A DNA stretch of 63,707 nucleotides, filler included, from Olpidium bornovanus S191 (GCA_017911155.1; 34 parts of 34 records of this genome joined end to end with filler, not necessarily neighbours in it), one strand, 5' to 3'; shown: positions 23,390-36,330, numbered from the whole stretch's first letter. Notes: generated from the letters alone by a model not told the origin. Numbers and translations: made by a program.

Positions 23390-25247
23390 NNNNNNNNNNN
23401 NNNNNNNNNNNNNNNNNNNNNNNNNNNNNNNNNTTAATTAATTAANNNNNNNNNNNNNNNNNNNNNNNNNNNNNNNNNNNNNNNNNNNNGCTGGCAGTAA
23501 CAAGCAATCATTTTTTTTTTGCCTTTTCGGTTGACGGGGACGGGCGGCTTTGAGAATGCTCCCCGCTCGCGAAACGTGCGCCTTCCCCAGACACATTCGG
23601 AATTTCATGTTCGGAGTTTCGGTGGGCGAGTCCGGCGTGCGCTTTCGCTTTCTTGCAAAGTCGTGTCCCACCCCCGCCGTCCTTCCGTTTGCATCGGATG
23701 CAGATTTTGCTCCTGTTCTCCTTTTCGGATAGGAGACACGCGCGGGCGCCAAATGGCGCGCGATGTCGCTTTGGGCCGCGCTCCGCCGGATTTTCTGATG
23801 GACTGCGCGGTCGGACAGTTCGCTGTGCACTCCTTTCCGATTTGACGGCAAAATCAAAAAGTAGTTTGTTTTTTCACCGAAGGGTGCGCGAGTTCCCGTC
23901 CTTCACAGAGACCGATGCTCAGTCGGGTTCGCTTCATTCCTTCAGAAAGGTCGAAGTCGGTGCCACGGGTGGTCCGCGAAGAAGGGGGTTGTCAACGGCC
24001 GCTACAGTAAAAGAGCATCTACTCTATTTCGGACAGTTGCATTTCAAGCATAACTTAATCTCCCGCCGACGAAGGGGGTTGTCCCCCTTGGCATTTCTAT
24101 CCGCGTCGCCAAGCTCGCCCGGGTCGCCTTGGCAAATGGGTTGTTCGCCTGTCCACGAAGGGCAGTCGTTACCGAAGAGTGCGTTCGAGGCCCACATGAA
24201 AGAGACTCGGCTTTTCTGTGACGCAAACTCTGCTACGTATTGCTCGGTGTTTCTGTAGGTCCAGCAGCCGGGTTGTGGGTGGGGCCCGGGGAGCAAAGGG
24301 AGGGGGAGGTGCTGTTGACAAGGGGTGCTTGGCGTGTTCTCGCTGATGGCAATGAAGGGCGTTCTGTTTGTTGACGCGCAACACTTCCTCGAGGTACGCC
24401 CTCGGCGACTTCGCCGCCAGCTGTTTTGGTTTCCCCAACGGCGCAATCGGCTGCTGGACGAAAAAAAGCCATTCGGCCGTTGCTCTGCCATTCAGCTGCT
24501 GTCACCTGCTGGCACGTCTGCACGCGACAGGAAACGGCGAGTGGAGGGGAAAGCGGGGGAAAGGGGAAGGAGGTTCCTTCTCAGCGTTTCGACGACGAGC
24601 GGTCGCCCGTGTCTGTCCCGCCGCACGAGTGGCAGAAAAATACCAGGGTGGCCAAAGCGTCACACCTTTCAGCGTGCGTTGCAATGTCAGAACTGCCGAT
24701 GTCATTCCCGGACCGCTAAGTTTGGGTCTTACAGGACTTCTACTTGGGCCTCGCGGCCCGGTGAAACGCGCAAACCTTCGTCCAAAGAAGCAAATTCACG
24801 ATTTTGCTCGTCCAACCTTAATATTACGCGAAAGCTAAACGGGTCGCGGTAGCCATTTATCGACTGCCTTCTGGCCCGCCCGCGTGACGTATATCCCGGA
24901 GCCCCTGGCTTTGCTTGCAAGTGGGGTGGCACGCCTCCGCCTGGGTGGCTTGCTGATAGGGGCGGTGGGCGGTGTTTGGGATCTGCTGAAAAAGTCGCTA
25001 TTCGCTTAATAAAGGGGACTTCTTTTTTTTTTTTTTGTTTTTTTTTTTTGCGCGCGACGGAGCGTTCCCGGCCTTGTTGTTCCGGTCGCGTTGTTAGTTC
25101 GGGGAAGGGGGGGAGGGGGGAAAGGGCCAGAAACATTTTTCTCGTCACCGACCGCCCTTCTTTCCGAGTGCGCGCCATTCGGCGAGGCGACGGTTGAAGG
25201 TTGCGCGGGCGACGGGCGAGTATTTTCTACTTATTTCATTGTTTTTC

Positions 25248-25295
<48 letters not shown>

Positions 25296-26109
25296 GAGGG
25301 CGGTCCCATTTTAAATTTTTCGTGTTTTCCGCCCCGANNNNNNNNNNNNNNNNNNNNNNNNNNNNNNNNNNNNNNNNNNNNTTAATTAATTAANNNNNNN
25401 NNNNNNNNNNNNNNNNNNNNNNNNNNNNNNNNNNNNNGGTTTTTTTTTTTTTTTTTTTTTTTTTTTTGCCGAACAGCTGGGGCCCAAGGGTTGCCACGCG
25501 ACGGCAAAAAACCTTGCTGGCCGGAAATTAATTTTGCCAACCACATGGGGACACAGGCCCCCCCCACCCCATTTCCCCCCCTTCCCCCCCTTCCCCCCCC
25601 CCTGCCACCCCACCTACCCCACACCGACGCGCGCGGTTGCGAACCGACCACGCGGGAGACTGGTCGGGGGGACGGGGGAATAAGGCGGTGGCTGGAGAGA
25701 GAGAGGCAGCGTGCGGTTCAGGTGGTCGTGGGGCGACGCTGCGTTTTGTTCCCACACGTCGGTATGCACGCATGGGCGGTTTGGGCGCGTGGCGAATGGC
25801 GCCTGCCTCGCCCGTTACACCTTTCCCCCCCCTCTCCCCCGGATTCCACGCACACCGTCACCCACGCCGTCGGGCGGAAAAAAAACACGGCGTCTAACTT
25901 TTGGCGGAAAAAAAAACACGGCGTCTTAACTTTTGGCGGAAAGTCGGGCTCGCCAGATCACACATAAATCCCACCCCCTCCCTCTCATCCCCCCAGCCCC
26001 GTTTTACATAGAACACCCTCACGAACTGGCCCGGCTGGCAAACTACACTCCATTTTTCCCCATCAATTTGCACGTCAATCCCCGCACCAGAGTGCATTCC
26101 ACGTGCATC

Positions 26110-26499
26110 ATGAGACTCTCCATCGCAATCGCATCGTCCGCGGTGATGTTCGCCGTCCTGGCGATGGCATCGTCAGCGAACGCCAATGCTTTCGCACAGG
26201 AACAGCCGGACTTCAAGGACGTAGAGAAGAACTTTAGAGCTACCGGGGCGAACGCGGGGAACAGCCGGCCGCCCGTCAGCCTCCGCAAGCGTTTCTTCGG
26301 TGCGGCTTTCTCGAGAGTAATTACGGCCGGGGCTACCGCGGGCCGATCGGCCGGCTCTGTCGTGCGTAAAGTTCCCGTACATGTCAAATCGGTTGGCAGC
26401 TCCGCCGCCAGCAAGGCCTCTTCTGCCGGTGCCACCGCTTTAAACGCCGGTCGCTTGGCCACCGGTGTCGCCAAGACCACCGGGACAAAGGTCATCAAC
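26110..26499 (+). CDS. Secreted preproprotein: signal peptide, propeptide, Kex2 site (LRKR), cationic mature region (3' truncated)
   Basis: MRLSIAIASSAVMFAVLAMASSANA hydrophobic leader; RKR at residues 59-61; the following 69 aa contain 9 K/R and no D/E. Confidence 0.75.
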
Positions 26500-27600
26500 N
26501 NNNNNNNNNNNNNNNNNNNNNNNNNNNNNNNNNNNNNNNNNNNTTAATTAATTAANNNNNNNNNNNNNNNNNNNNNNNNNNNNNNNNNNNNNNNNNNNNC
26601 CCCCCGACTGTTCGACCTACGTCACCGTTTCCCGCTAAGTTTTCTCCCTCGGCGCGTCGCCCCCGAAACGCGTCATAAACCACCCGCATGCGCGGCGCGC
26701 ATCGCCGCCGCCCGCCTGGACCATTTTTATAGCAATGTAAAAGACCCCCCTCCCCGCCCCCGTTGTTTTTTTCGGTAAAAAATAAAAAATAAAAAAGAAA
26801 AACAAAACCAACCGCCCTAATTCCTTAGGCCAGCGAAAAGGGCCGAAGAGAAGTCGGATCCCGACTTTTCCCTGCCCGCCCGTAATATGTTAAGCGACAC
26901 GAAAATCCCCCCCGAGGTTGTTGGTTTTAATTTTTTTTTTTTTTTTTTTTTTTTTTTCAAACGCGCCAAGTGCGGAGGGGAGTCGTCGTCGGGCGCCTTG
27001 CGCCGCCCCGTTGGACATTTGTGCGGCGCGGAACGGCTGGCAATCTGGACGACGGAGTCAGTCGGGGGCCTCCCGCCTTTTAATTCCCTTCCTCTCCCCC
27101 CTCCCTGAAGGACTTTTTACTTCCACGGGCAGTGGCCGAACGAGGACGGGGACGAGAAGACGGGCAGGAAGCTTTCTGTTTTTGAGCTGTTCGCCGAGTT
27201 GTAGAATCTCTACGGAATACAGGCCTATTTGTACCTCAAGGGCGTTGCGAGTTTACGAAAGGAGGAAAGGGGTGAACGGGGGGATTTCTGCCGGAGCCAC
27301 GCGGGCACCGCCCCCCCCCTTTGTTTCAACAGCCCCCGACCCCCCTCCCCCCCCCTGTTGGAAAAAAGGGGGGAGAACGAGGTGCACTGCGCACATCACG
27401 CCCCGACGCCCCTGAATTCACCCCTGGAATCCTCTCCATAAAACCGGGTAGACCAGCGGAATACAGACGCTCTTTGGAGCTCCTTCGAACCCGAATTCAA
27501 CAGGGGGGGGGGTTCGTTTTGTTGGAAAAAAGGGGGGAAGGGGGTCGGACGTAGCCGGTGGCGCAGACTCCTGCGGGAATCATCCCTCCTTTCTTCCCCC

Positions 27601-28025
27601 TGTAAATCCCGCACGCCGACGCCATACAAAAAACAAACCAAAAGCCTGTAGAAACTCTACAGCATTCCGGACTGCGCAGTGCAGTCTCCAGCGTCCCCAC
27701 CGTCCGCCGTCTCCGCCCTCCATCCTTGGTCCCCTCCATTGTGCACCCGTCTTCCTTTGTCTCCTTTGGTTCACGTCTGTCGTTCAGGTTATGAGCCCAA
27801 CCCGCGACTCCCGCGACTTTGAAGAAGAAGAGAACTACCGCCTCCTCTCCGTCCGAAGCAGAACCACTGAAAGGAGAGAAGCAACCATGGAAGGAAGAGC
27901 GGGTGAAAGCACGACGCCACCGTACACCCCTCTAGGCGTACAACGCATGCGGAGCACGACTGCGTCCACAACCTCAAGGCGGTCAAGGACAGTCAAGGAC
28001 TCCGTGAAGGCGCTCAGGGAACGTC
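27601..28025 (+). mobile_element. Ty5/copia-type 5' end: LTR ending CA at 27786, PBS 27787-27798, ORF starting within the PBS
   Basis: ..TTCA|GGTTATGAGCCC is the complement of the tRNAiMet anticodon arm, as used by yeast Ty5. LTR start uncertain (TGT at 27601 or 27647). Confidence 0.8.
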
Positions 28026-28125
28026 NNNNNNNNNNNNNNNNNNNNNNNNNNNNNNNNNNNNNNNNNNNNTTAATTAATTAANNNNNNNNNNNNNNNNNNN
28101 NNNNNNNNNNNNNNNNNNNNNNNNN

Positions 28126-28822
28126 CATGATCAAGAGTTCCTGCCAGCCGGTCGGTATAAAGGGGTATACGTTGTGGGAGAGTTGTTCAGGGCAGGGCAT
28201 ACCATGGGCTGGCCTCAGCCCGCGCTGTACTGTTCTTCATACCATCAAATGATCGTTGACGGAATCAGACCCGGATTGAATTATAAACACGTCGTCGTTG
28301 CGGACCGAAACGCCTGAGCACCCAAAATTGAACGAGTTACAGCTAAGATGGTCGGGATCAAGAAATCGCGAGCGCAGCGAGCCCGCGAAGCGGAAACGAC
28401 GAAGCATGAAGGCACCTAGCTCAACAAGATTCTCCTAGTCACGCAACGAACACGGCACACGCAAAACGCAAACGGTGCCGGCGGCGAATCAGCGTCGAAC
28501 AAGAGTTAAAGAGCCCCAAGCACGCAGGGGGACGAGGGAACTCTTCCGCATTCGATTGAAGCGCGGAAACGGCAACACACCGCACCCTGTTTGCCAACCG
28601 CTTGAGCGTCGACTTTCCCAGCTCCATGCCGAGGCGCCCAACGACCAGATTGGCAAGCTGGGGATGGGAGGAGCCCGCGAAAATCTAGGGGTCGCCCGCC
28701 GGTTACGCGGAGCGCCCAACTCCAAAAGTCAGTGGCGCGTTGGGCACGCGAAGGCCCGGGACCGCGGGCCCCTGGACGTTGTCGCGTGCCCGCGTCCTCA
28801 CGCCAACCTTCATTTTCTTCAT
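28126..28822 (-). CDS. PRS1: Ribose-phosphate pyrophosphokinase, 5' part (five exons)
   Basis: Spliced MKKMK/IFAGSSHPQLANLVVGRLGMELGKSTLKRLANR/ENLVELG/VSVRNDDVFIIQSGSDSVNDHLM/ELLIM. Confidence 0.92.
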
Positions 28823-29003
28823 GTCGCCGTCGCCCGCGCTTCCGTCTGCCGGTGTGGTGCGTCGGTGGGCGACTGCGTCCGGCGTCGGCGTCGGCGGCTG
28901 GGCTAGCAGGGCGGGCAAAGCGCAGCAGGGCTGGAGTGCCGACGCCACTTCCTTTTTTTTTTCTTTCTTTTCTATTCTTTTCTTGAAACCGGTTGCAGCA
29001 GCG

Positions 29004-29395
29004 AGGAGGAGGAGGAGGAGGAGGAGGAGGAGGAGGAGCAGGAGGAGAAGGGAGGCGGCGGAGAGAGGTGCGTGGGTCCTGCGGACGAGAGAGGCGTGGT
29101 GCGTGGATCAGAAAGGTGCCGACCGTCGGCGCGCAGCTGCACTGGCGGGTCGTTGTCCTCCTGCGGGGGAAGGGGGCGGGGCGAAGGAGGTGAGGGGGGG
29201 GGATTGTGGCGCGTGGGGCGCTCGCAGTGCCGAGGACGAGGAGAAGAAGAAGAAGAAGAAGAGAAGAAGAAGAAGAAGAACAAGAGACGGCGAGCGAGGG
29301 AGAGGCAGCGAGCGACGGCGAGAGAGAGAGAGAGAGGACGAGCGACGGCGAGAGAGGGCGAGCGACGGCGAGCGAAGAATGTGTGAGCAAGCTCT
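29004..29395. repeat. Microsatellite cluster (GGA)n, (AAG)n, (GA)n, GGCGAGCGA
   Basis: Direct inspection of the region between PRS1 and VPS2. Confidence 0.9.
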
Positions 29396-29879
29396 CTGCG
29401 ACGGTGGGGGGGCCGGCGGCGGCGGCGTAGCGTGTCCTCACCCGAGAGGTGCGGCTCTCACCCGGGTGCGGCCGTAAAAAAAAAAAAAAAAAGTGAAGTC
29501 TCCCCCGCCCTCCCGCGCCCTCGTGGGCTCCCGCGAGAGAAACGAACCAGACCGCCGCTTTGGCCCACCGGAGCGGACGACGAAGGAGGAAACGGCGGCG
29601 CCGGCGAGGAGGAGGAGGAGGAGGAGGAGGGAGGGCGAAAAAGCGGGTGGCGTGTCAAAGCGAGAGTGCGCCGACGCCCAAAGCGCCGGCCGCGCGTACT
29701 CCCAGCGCCAGATCGACGGGCGCCGCGTGGTGCGGAAGGCGTGACAAGAGGGGGTCTCGGCCGGAGGCGGTGACTGGGGCGTCGGCGTCGTCGTCGCCTC
29801 CGCCCGCCCGACCCCGCGACCCGACCCCGCGGCCCACTAGGTGAAACGGGCGGGATAATTGCCCTTCTTTTTGGCGGCG

Positions 29880-30733
29880 ATGGACTTCCTTTTCGGCGCG
29901 AAGAAGGTAAAGCCCAGAGCGCCTGGGGGGTGGGGGACGGGGAAGAAGGAGTGGGGTCACAGCGCCCCGTCAGTTTGGTCGTCTCGCCGACCCACGCGCT
30001 ATTACGTGTGGCCTTCCGTTCAAGGCCAAGCCGGGGGCTCCGCGGTTCCTCCCTATCCTCCGAAACGAAATCTGCGACGCGCCGGATACCGCGGGTGTTC
30101 ACTGACGAAACGTCTTTCTGGCCTATGGCAGACCCCTGCGGAGCTCCTCCGTCAGCACCAGAGGGCTCTGACGAAAGCTCAGAGGGACCTCGATCGGGAG
30201 CGGGCGAACCTGGAACGACAGGAGAAGAAGGTCATAGCAGATATTAAAAAGGCGGCTAAGGCCGGTCAGATGGTTCGTATCCTTCTTGCATCCAGACTTC
30301 TACGTTACGACTGCGACTCCGACGTGCAGCGGTTACTGACAGACGTATGGTGGCGTTCGCAGAACGCCTGCAAAGTAATGGCGAAGGACCTGGTCCGTTC
30401 GAGGCGCTACATACAGAAGTTTTACAATATGAAGACTCAGCTTCAAGCCGTCTCCTTGCGTATCCAAGTACGGTCCTTCCCCAGGATCGATAAGTCGTTT
30501 CTGAGAGATGCTGGCATCTTCGGTGTCCGGGTCGAGTACTCTTATGCGCGTCGATTGCCTTGATCAACACGTCGCAGACTTTGAGGTCGAACCAGCAGAT
30601 GGCGGAAGCAATGAAGGGTGCGACAAGGGTAATATCGGCGTGGGGTTCATACTTCGTGTGATCGTTAACAAGCATATACTGAAGTGGAAAGGTAAAAAAA
30701 AACTGCATTCGAATAGGCAATGAAGGGCATGAA
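29880..30733 (+). CDS. VPS2: ESCRT-III subunit Vps2/Did4 (CHMP2A), 5' part (exons 29880-29906, 30132-30272, 30363-30467, 30578-30628, 30717-)
   Basis: MDFLFGAKKTPAELLRQHQRAL..DIKKAAKAGQMNACKVMAKDLVRSRRYIQKF..LQAVSLRIQTLRSNQQMAEAMKGATRAM. Confidence 0.97.
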
Positions 30734-30839
30734 NNNNNNNNNNNNNNNNNNNNNNNNNNNNNNNNNNNNNNNNNNNNTTAATTAATTAANNNNNNNNNNN
30801 NNNNNNNNNNNNNNNNNNNNNNNNNNNNNNNNNTATTTT

Positions 30840-30904
<65 letters not shown>

Positions 30905-30934
30905 GCCGACGCCTGACATCCGACGCGCAATCAG

Positions 30935-31359
30935 TTCAAGACTCAGTTCGCCGCGCCAGGGCAACCGGGCGTATACCAGTTCCGCGCGCACTTCAAGTCG
31001 GATTCGTACGCCGGCAGCGACGTCACGCAGGACGTGAAAGTGGGTCCACTGCTCGCCCACGCGCGACCTTTTTGCCCGCGGCGTCTCCAGGGAACTTTCC
31101 GTGCTTGCTCCACCTGACCCCGCGTGTTTCTGTGCCGCAGCTCATCGTCCAGGACCCCTCCGTGCTGCCGGAAGAGCCCGAAGTGGACGATGACATTTCG
31201 GAGCCGGACGAGGACACGATCGCCGGCCAGATGGAGCTGATCCGGAAACAGGGTCTGACCGGCGCAATGACAGGCGGCGCCGGCGGTAAGGGCGGCGAGG
31301 CAGGCGGCGAGGGGAGCAAAGCAGACAGGGACGACGACAGCGAGACCGATAGCGACTGA
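30935..31359 (+). CDS. SEC63: Sec63 translocon subunit, last two exons (30935-31039, 31141-31359)
   Basis: QFAAPGQPGVYQFRAHFKSDSYAGSD..DDDISEPDEDTIAGQM followed by an acidic tail, typical of the fungal Sec63 C-terminus. Confidence 0.92.
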
Positions 31360-31999
31360 GACTTAGTGGCCTGCATGGCGCTTGTGGAGTGTGGTTCTGG
31401 GTGGGGAAGGTGGTATCCGAATCTTTTAATAACGCCTCAAAAGAATAAAACGGCCCGTGCATTCGTGGTTTCTGCTTCACGCGCTAGTGCGGTATGCGTT
31501 ACAGAGCTTCTCGCAGGTCAAAGGGGAGGATACACTGACGCATGTGCAGTCGCCGTGTGCCGATGAGGGGGTCATTCCGCGCCCACCTCGTAAGGGGACG
31601 TTGACAAAGTCGTAGTCAAAAATCTTGTCAAACTCGCCGAGTCAGTGGGGCATGGTGTGGTATAACCGCCTCATCAAGTGCTCTCGATTACACCGGGATT
31701 GGCATCGTTAGGTTTCGAAACACGGGGCGTCGGCCCCGGTTGAGATACCGTAGTAAGGTTGCCTCACCAACCACTCTTCCCGCTCTGCCCGCCCTCAAAA
31801 AAAAACCCCCATCAGATGGCATTTCTTGATTGATAATCTTTGACAAAGGCTCCTTCAGCATGCTTCATTTGCCCCCGCAAAGCATCCCAACGATCGGCCG
31901 GCATTCCGTCACAACTGTCTCGAAAAGATATCGTAAACGCAATCGTCTGCGTAGCGCCGTTCTTATCTTGCTATCGATCTTTGCATTTGACCCTGCTCC

Positions 32000-32133
32000 T
32001 CCGCAGTTGAAGCTGTTTGAGTTTGGTGTTCCGCCGAAGGTTGGGCGGCGTTATATTATACAGGGGTTTACGCGTCATAAGAGGTACAACGGGTGCGGAT
32101 ACATAGGAGAAGAATTTCAACACTCCCCCTCAA
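32000..32133 (-). mobile_element. LTR retrotransposon PPT / 3' LTR junction (LTR extent unknown)
   Basis: Minus strand reads TTGAGGGGGAG|TGTTG at 32133-32118, a typical copia PPT followed by an LTR start. Confidence 0.5.
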
Positions 32134-32414
32134 NNNNNNNNNNNNNNNNNNNNNNNNNNNNNNNNNNNNNNNNNNNNTTAATTAATTAANNNNNNNNNNN
32201 NNNNNNNNNNNNNNNNNNNNNNNNNNNNNNNNNCATGTTTGCTGATCGCCTCTTTTGCCTTCCCCCGCCCTTCCCCTCTCAAACCCCTTCTCGCACCGTA
32301 AAATCCAGATTCGCTTGTCCAATGTAAGGCCCACCGCACCCTTTCTGTCACTCGCTTTTGGTGGTCGATAAAAACCGCTGACACTGTCATACGCGCTATT
32401 ACCTCGTCATAAAG

Positions 32415-33318
32415 ACTTCAACCACTACGCATACAGTAAGCAGTGTATTCCCGGCCGTCCAGATTTTTGGTGCTGCCGTTGGGCTTGCATTTTGATTTTT
32501 TGCTCGTTTGGTCTACAGCGCAGGTGGCCATATATGGCAAGGACTTTCGCACGGCTGCGAAAGACACCTGGACAATGATCAAGGACCGCGGAATCGAAGC
32601 CATCATGTGCGTATGCCTTGGTCTTTTCGTGCCCGACGGCGAGAACTCCTTCGCGAATCCTGGAAGCTAAAAATGATTTCTGACAGAAATGACAACCTGA
32701 TCGACAACGTGTTGACCATCGGCTCTCTCCTCGTCGGTGCTCTGACCGCCGTAAGTTTCTGGCAGACGACTTGTCGAGACGTGTTCTCAATGCCCGAAAC
32801 CTGCCGGACCTTCTGACTCTAACGGCCCTCGTGCGCACCCCACTTTGCGGGATCCCGCCGTCCACAGCTTTTGGTGTACGCTTACATCGCGTTTGCGGGG
32901 CCACCGTTTTCGGCGAATTCCCACACCATCCTCTTGGTCGAAATGGCCGCCTTTTTGTTCGGCTTCACGATGATGAACCTCGTCGGCGAGATTATAACCT
33001 CCGGCACTGCAACTACTTTTGTCGCGCTTGCGGAGGATCCAGAGGCGTGAGTAACCCGAGAGGGGAGGGGAGAAGAAAGGAGAGAGAGGGAGGGGTGTGT
33101 GTGCGGCTGAGGAGGAGGGAACGGCGCTTCCCGCCGCGTAGCTCGTTGTTTTTGCTTGTGTTGGTCACGCCGGACCCCTTGACTCAACAATATTGCTGTT
33201 CGCATCTTTTTTTTTGTTTTTTTTTTTTTTCGCCTTCTCGTTCAGCCTCGCCCGGACGAAGCCGCAGCTGTACGAGAAGATCCGGCAAACTTACCCGGAG
33301 GTCGCCGTTGGCATTTGA
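32415..33318 (+). CDS. PNS1: Choline transporter-like (CTL/SLC44) protein Pns1, C-terminal exons
   Basis: FNHYAYTQVAIYGKDFRTAAKDTW..GIEAIINDNLIDNVL..SGTATTFVALAEDPE..IRQTYPEV. Confidence 0.92.
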
Positions 33319-33537
33319 GCGGCTGGCGGGGCTTGTTGGTTTGTCTGCGTTCGAGTTGTCTGTTGTATCAACAAGAGATGTTCGCGTTTTGCAGCGCGCG
33401 CACAGGCTCCATTTGTTTCGCCACGAATCCTTCTCGAAACATTTTAATACTCCACCAACCCCCCCTCCCCCGCCTTCCCCGGGGTCTTCGGGTGTCTACA
33501 CACCCTCGTCTTCCTCGCTGCCGTGTCATTTCAATTG

Positions 33538-33540
<3 letters not shown>

Positions 33541-33623
<83 letters not shown>
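33541..33623. repeat. Pure poly-C run (~83 nt) at contig end
   Basis: Direct inspection; true length may be an assembly or sequencing artefact. Confidence 0.9.
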
Positions 33624-33723
33624 NNNNNNNNNNNNNNNNNNNNNNNNNNNNNNNNNNNNNNNNNNNNTTAATTAATTAANNNNNNNNNNNNNNNNNNNNN
33701 NNNNNNNNNNNNNNNNNNNNNNN

Positions 33724-36114
33724 CATGGGATTGACGGACCTAGACGATAACCTCCTGCAGCTGAAGCTAATCTCCTGGCTTGATATCACCCACAACTGTA
33801 CGGTCGACGCGGCATCGTGCTTATCACAACCGTGTCGAGAAAACGATTCTATGTGTAACCAAACAATTGTGATCTGCTCGTTTTGGATGCCCCAATTAGC
33901 GCTTCGAGAGCTTCCGCCTCTCATAGGGCAACTGAGAAATCTCCGAAGACTGGCATGGTAATCAAATCAGAGGCAATTATCCGCCTGCAAAGCCGTCAGT
34001 GCTATGTGTCTCCGCGTCTTCATTCGAAATATTCGCCGAAACGAAAACGCCTGCTAAAAGTAAACTCCTTTTTTATCGACTCGCCTCCCGACCCCCCCAC
34101 TTCCTCACCCATTCCACCGGCGTCTCCTGGGCTTTTTTCCCGTACGCTTGTCCTCAGCGGGAATAATCAGATTGGCCGCATTCCGGACGAAATCGGAGAG
34201 CTTACGAACCTGACCTGGATCGACTTCACCCACAACCAGATCTCTGAAGTATCTCCCCGCATCGGCGAGCTCTCGAACCTGGCTGGACTTGGTATCTCCG
34301 ACTGCCGGCTCCAAAGTTTCCCGGTGGGCATTACACGGTTGGGAAAGCTAGTCAAGCTCGGCATTTTCAACAACCTGATCACTTCGCTGCCGCGGGAGAT
34401 CAGAGACTTGACCAGCCTCACAAAACTCGACGTGAGCAACAACCTGCTGACGACGCTGCCAAGGGAGATCGGTTGCCTTTATAACCTAACCTGGTTAAAC
34501 TTGAGGTAATGCGCGCTTTGCGCGAAGGCGGGAATGTTCCTGACGTTCAGCCGCGTGGTCGGCGGCGCGCATTGTCGCTTCCTCTCGCCTTCTTAACTCA
34601 TGTTGTTCCGACCTGGAACTCGCACAGTCACAACCGCCTGACAAGTTTGCCGGATGAACTGGGCAACCTCGTGAACCTACGCGAGCTTGGCCTGGGCGCG
34701 AATCGGCTGAAGCGGTTGCCAAACATGAGCCGGCTTAGCGAAATCGTCATGCTGCCTATTTACAGGTGAGAGCGCTCAAACCCCCTTCCCCCGTATTCGC
34801 CCATGAATTTGCACCGCGGACGGTCCGGCGACCAATCGACGGATTAAAGCTGACGCTCCTTTTCTTCCGCAACCTGCTGCGGCCGCGGATAGCAACCAGC
34901 TGGTGCTTTTGGAACCATGGATCGAATCTCTGGTCCGTCTCGAAAAGTTTGACGTGTCCTGCAACCGCCTCTCGTCCATCCCGGCAGAGGTGTTCTCCAT
35001 CCGGGGCTTGCAATACCTGAACATCAAACGGAACCAGATCTCGCGGCTGGACATGTCGCGGTTGCCGCGGGACGAGGCGACCGGTGAGCCAGTGAGCAAG
35101 CTGCATTACCTGGACGCGTCCGAGAACCGGCTGGCCGTGCTCCCATTCGAGCTTAGCCGGCTGAGGATTGAGGAATTCCGGATGCAGGAGAACCCGCTGC
35201 TGGTCAAGGAGCCGCCCCGGCTTTCGGGGGGGAGCGTGTTTCCCGGGCGCGGGCCCCGGACCTCGACGCTCCAGACGCTGTGCGTCAACGCCCTCCTGCG
35301 CCGGTCCGCGACAGAGATTAGGGCGGAAGCGCAGAGGGCGGCGGGACACTTCGACCCCCGCCGCCGGACGTCGCTGAAGAGGCGGCTGGGGTGCGATTAC
35401 GGAATTTACCGTGAGCAGCTGGAGCAATCGGAAAACCCGCCGCCCTCCGGCGGGCAACTGCAGTTGCCTTCGATCTACCACACCGGCGGGCAGATACCGT
35501 ATCCCAAATTGGCGGAAACCGTGCGCGCGCGGCTGCCGCGGCCGTGCGCCGCCGCGCTCGCTGGCCTGTCCGAATGCCACAGGTGCCACGTCGCGTATGT
35601 CCCGCACAAGCGAAGGCCAGAACGGGGTCTTGCGTCTCCCTTTAGGCCCGCGGTGGAAGCCGGCGAACGCCGCGCGGAGGACGAGGACGGCGGCGAGGAC
35701 GGCGCCTCGAAAGGCGACGAGTTTGAACCGATGGAGGTGGAGGCCGCGTCGGGCGGCGCGCAGGCTGCGGACGAAGACGAGGCTTACCTCCACGTTGACT
35801 TCCTGAATTTCAACCGCTACCACCACCTCCCCTTCCTCCGTTCCTTCTGCTCCGCCCGCTGCCGAGAGGCGCACATTGAGCAGTCGAGCTGGGGCAGCCT
35901 CAGACCGTCCGACGCCTCCTTTATCGCCGTCCCAATCCTCACAGACGAACCCGCCGGTCAGCACTACTTCCGCCTGACAGGCGCCGCCGGCACGGCCGCG
36001 ATGGCGGCCGTCCGCCGGCGATTCCAGCCGCAGGCGCCGACGCCGCCACCTCCGCCGTTGGAAGTGCCGCAAGGTCTCAATTCGCGACCACCGCCGCGCC
36101 TACAAACGTCATGA
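33724..36114 (+). CDS. Leucine-rich repeat protein (SHOC2/RSU1-like typical LRRs), 5' truncated, several introns
   Basis: About ten LxxLxLxxNxLxxLP repeats across in-frame spliced exons, an LRR C-cap (QENPL) and a Cys-containing tail; stop at 36112-36114. Confidence 0.88.
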
Positions 36115-36330
36115 CAACGGAGACCGAATTTTTTTCCGCGCCCCCGACACGGAACAAACCACCCACGGCTTCTCACACACCCCCAACCCCCGACTCCCTC
36201 CCCTCACGTTTGCCCAGGGTTCCTCTTGTANNNNNNNNNNNNNNNNNNNNNNNNNNNNNNNNNNNNNNNNNNNNTTAATTAATTAANNNNNNNNNNNNNN
36301 NNNNNNNNNNNNNNNNNNNNNNNNNNNNNN

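Noticed and set aside
23490-25337. Gene on this contig
   Set aside because: Splice-like signals exist on the minus strand, but I could not build a consistent frame or recognise a domain.
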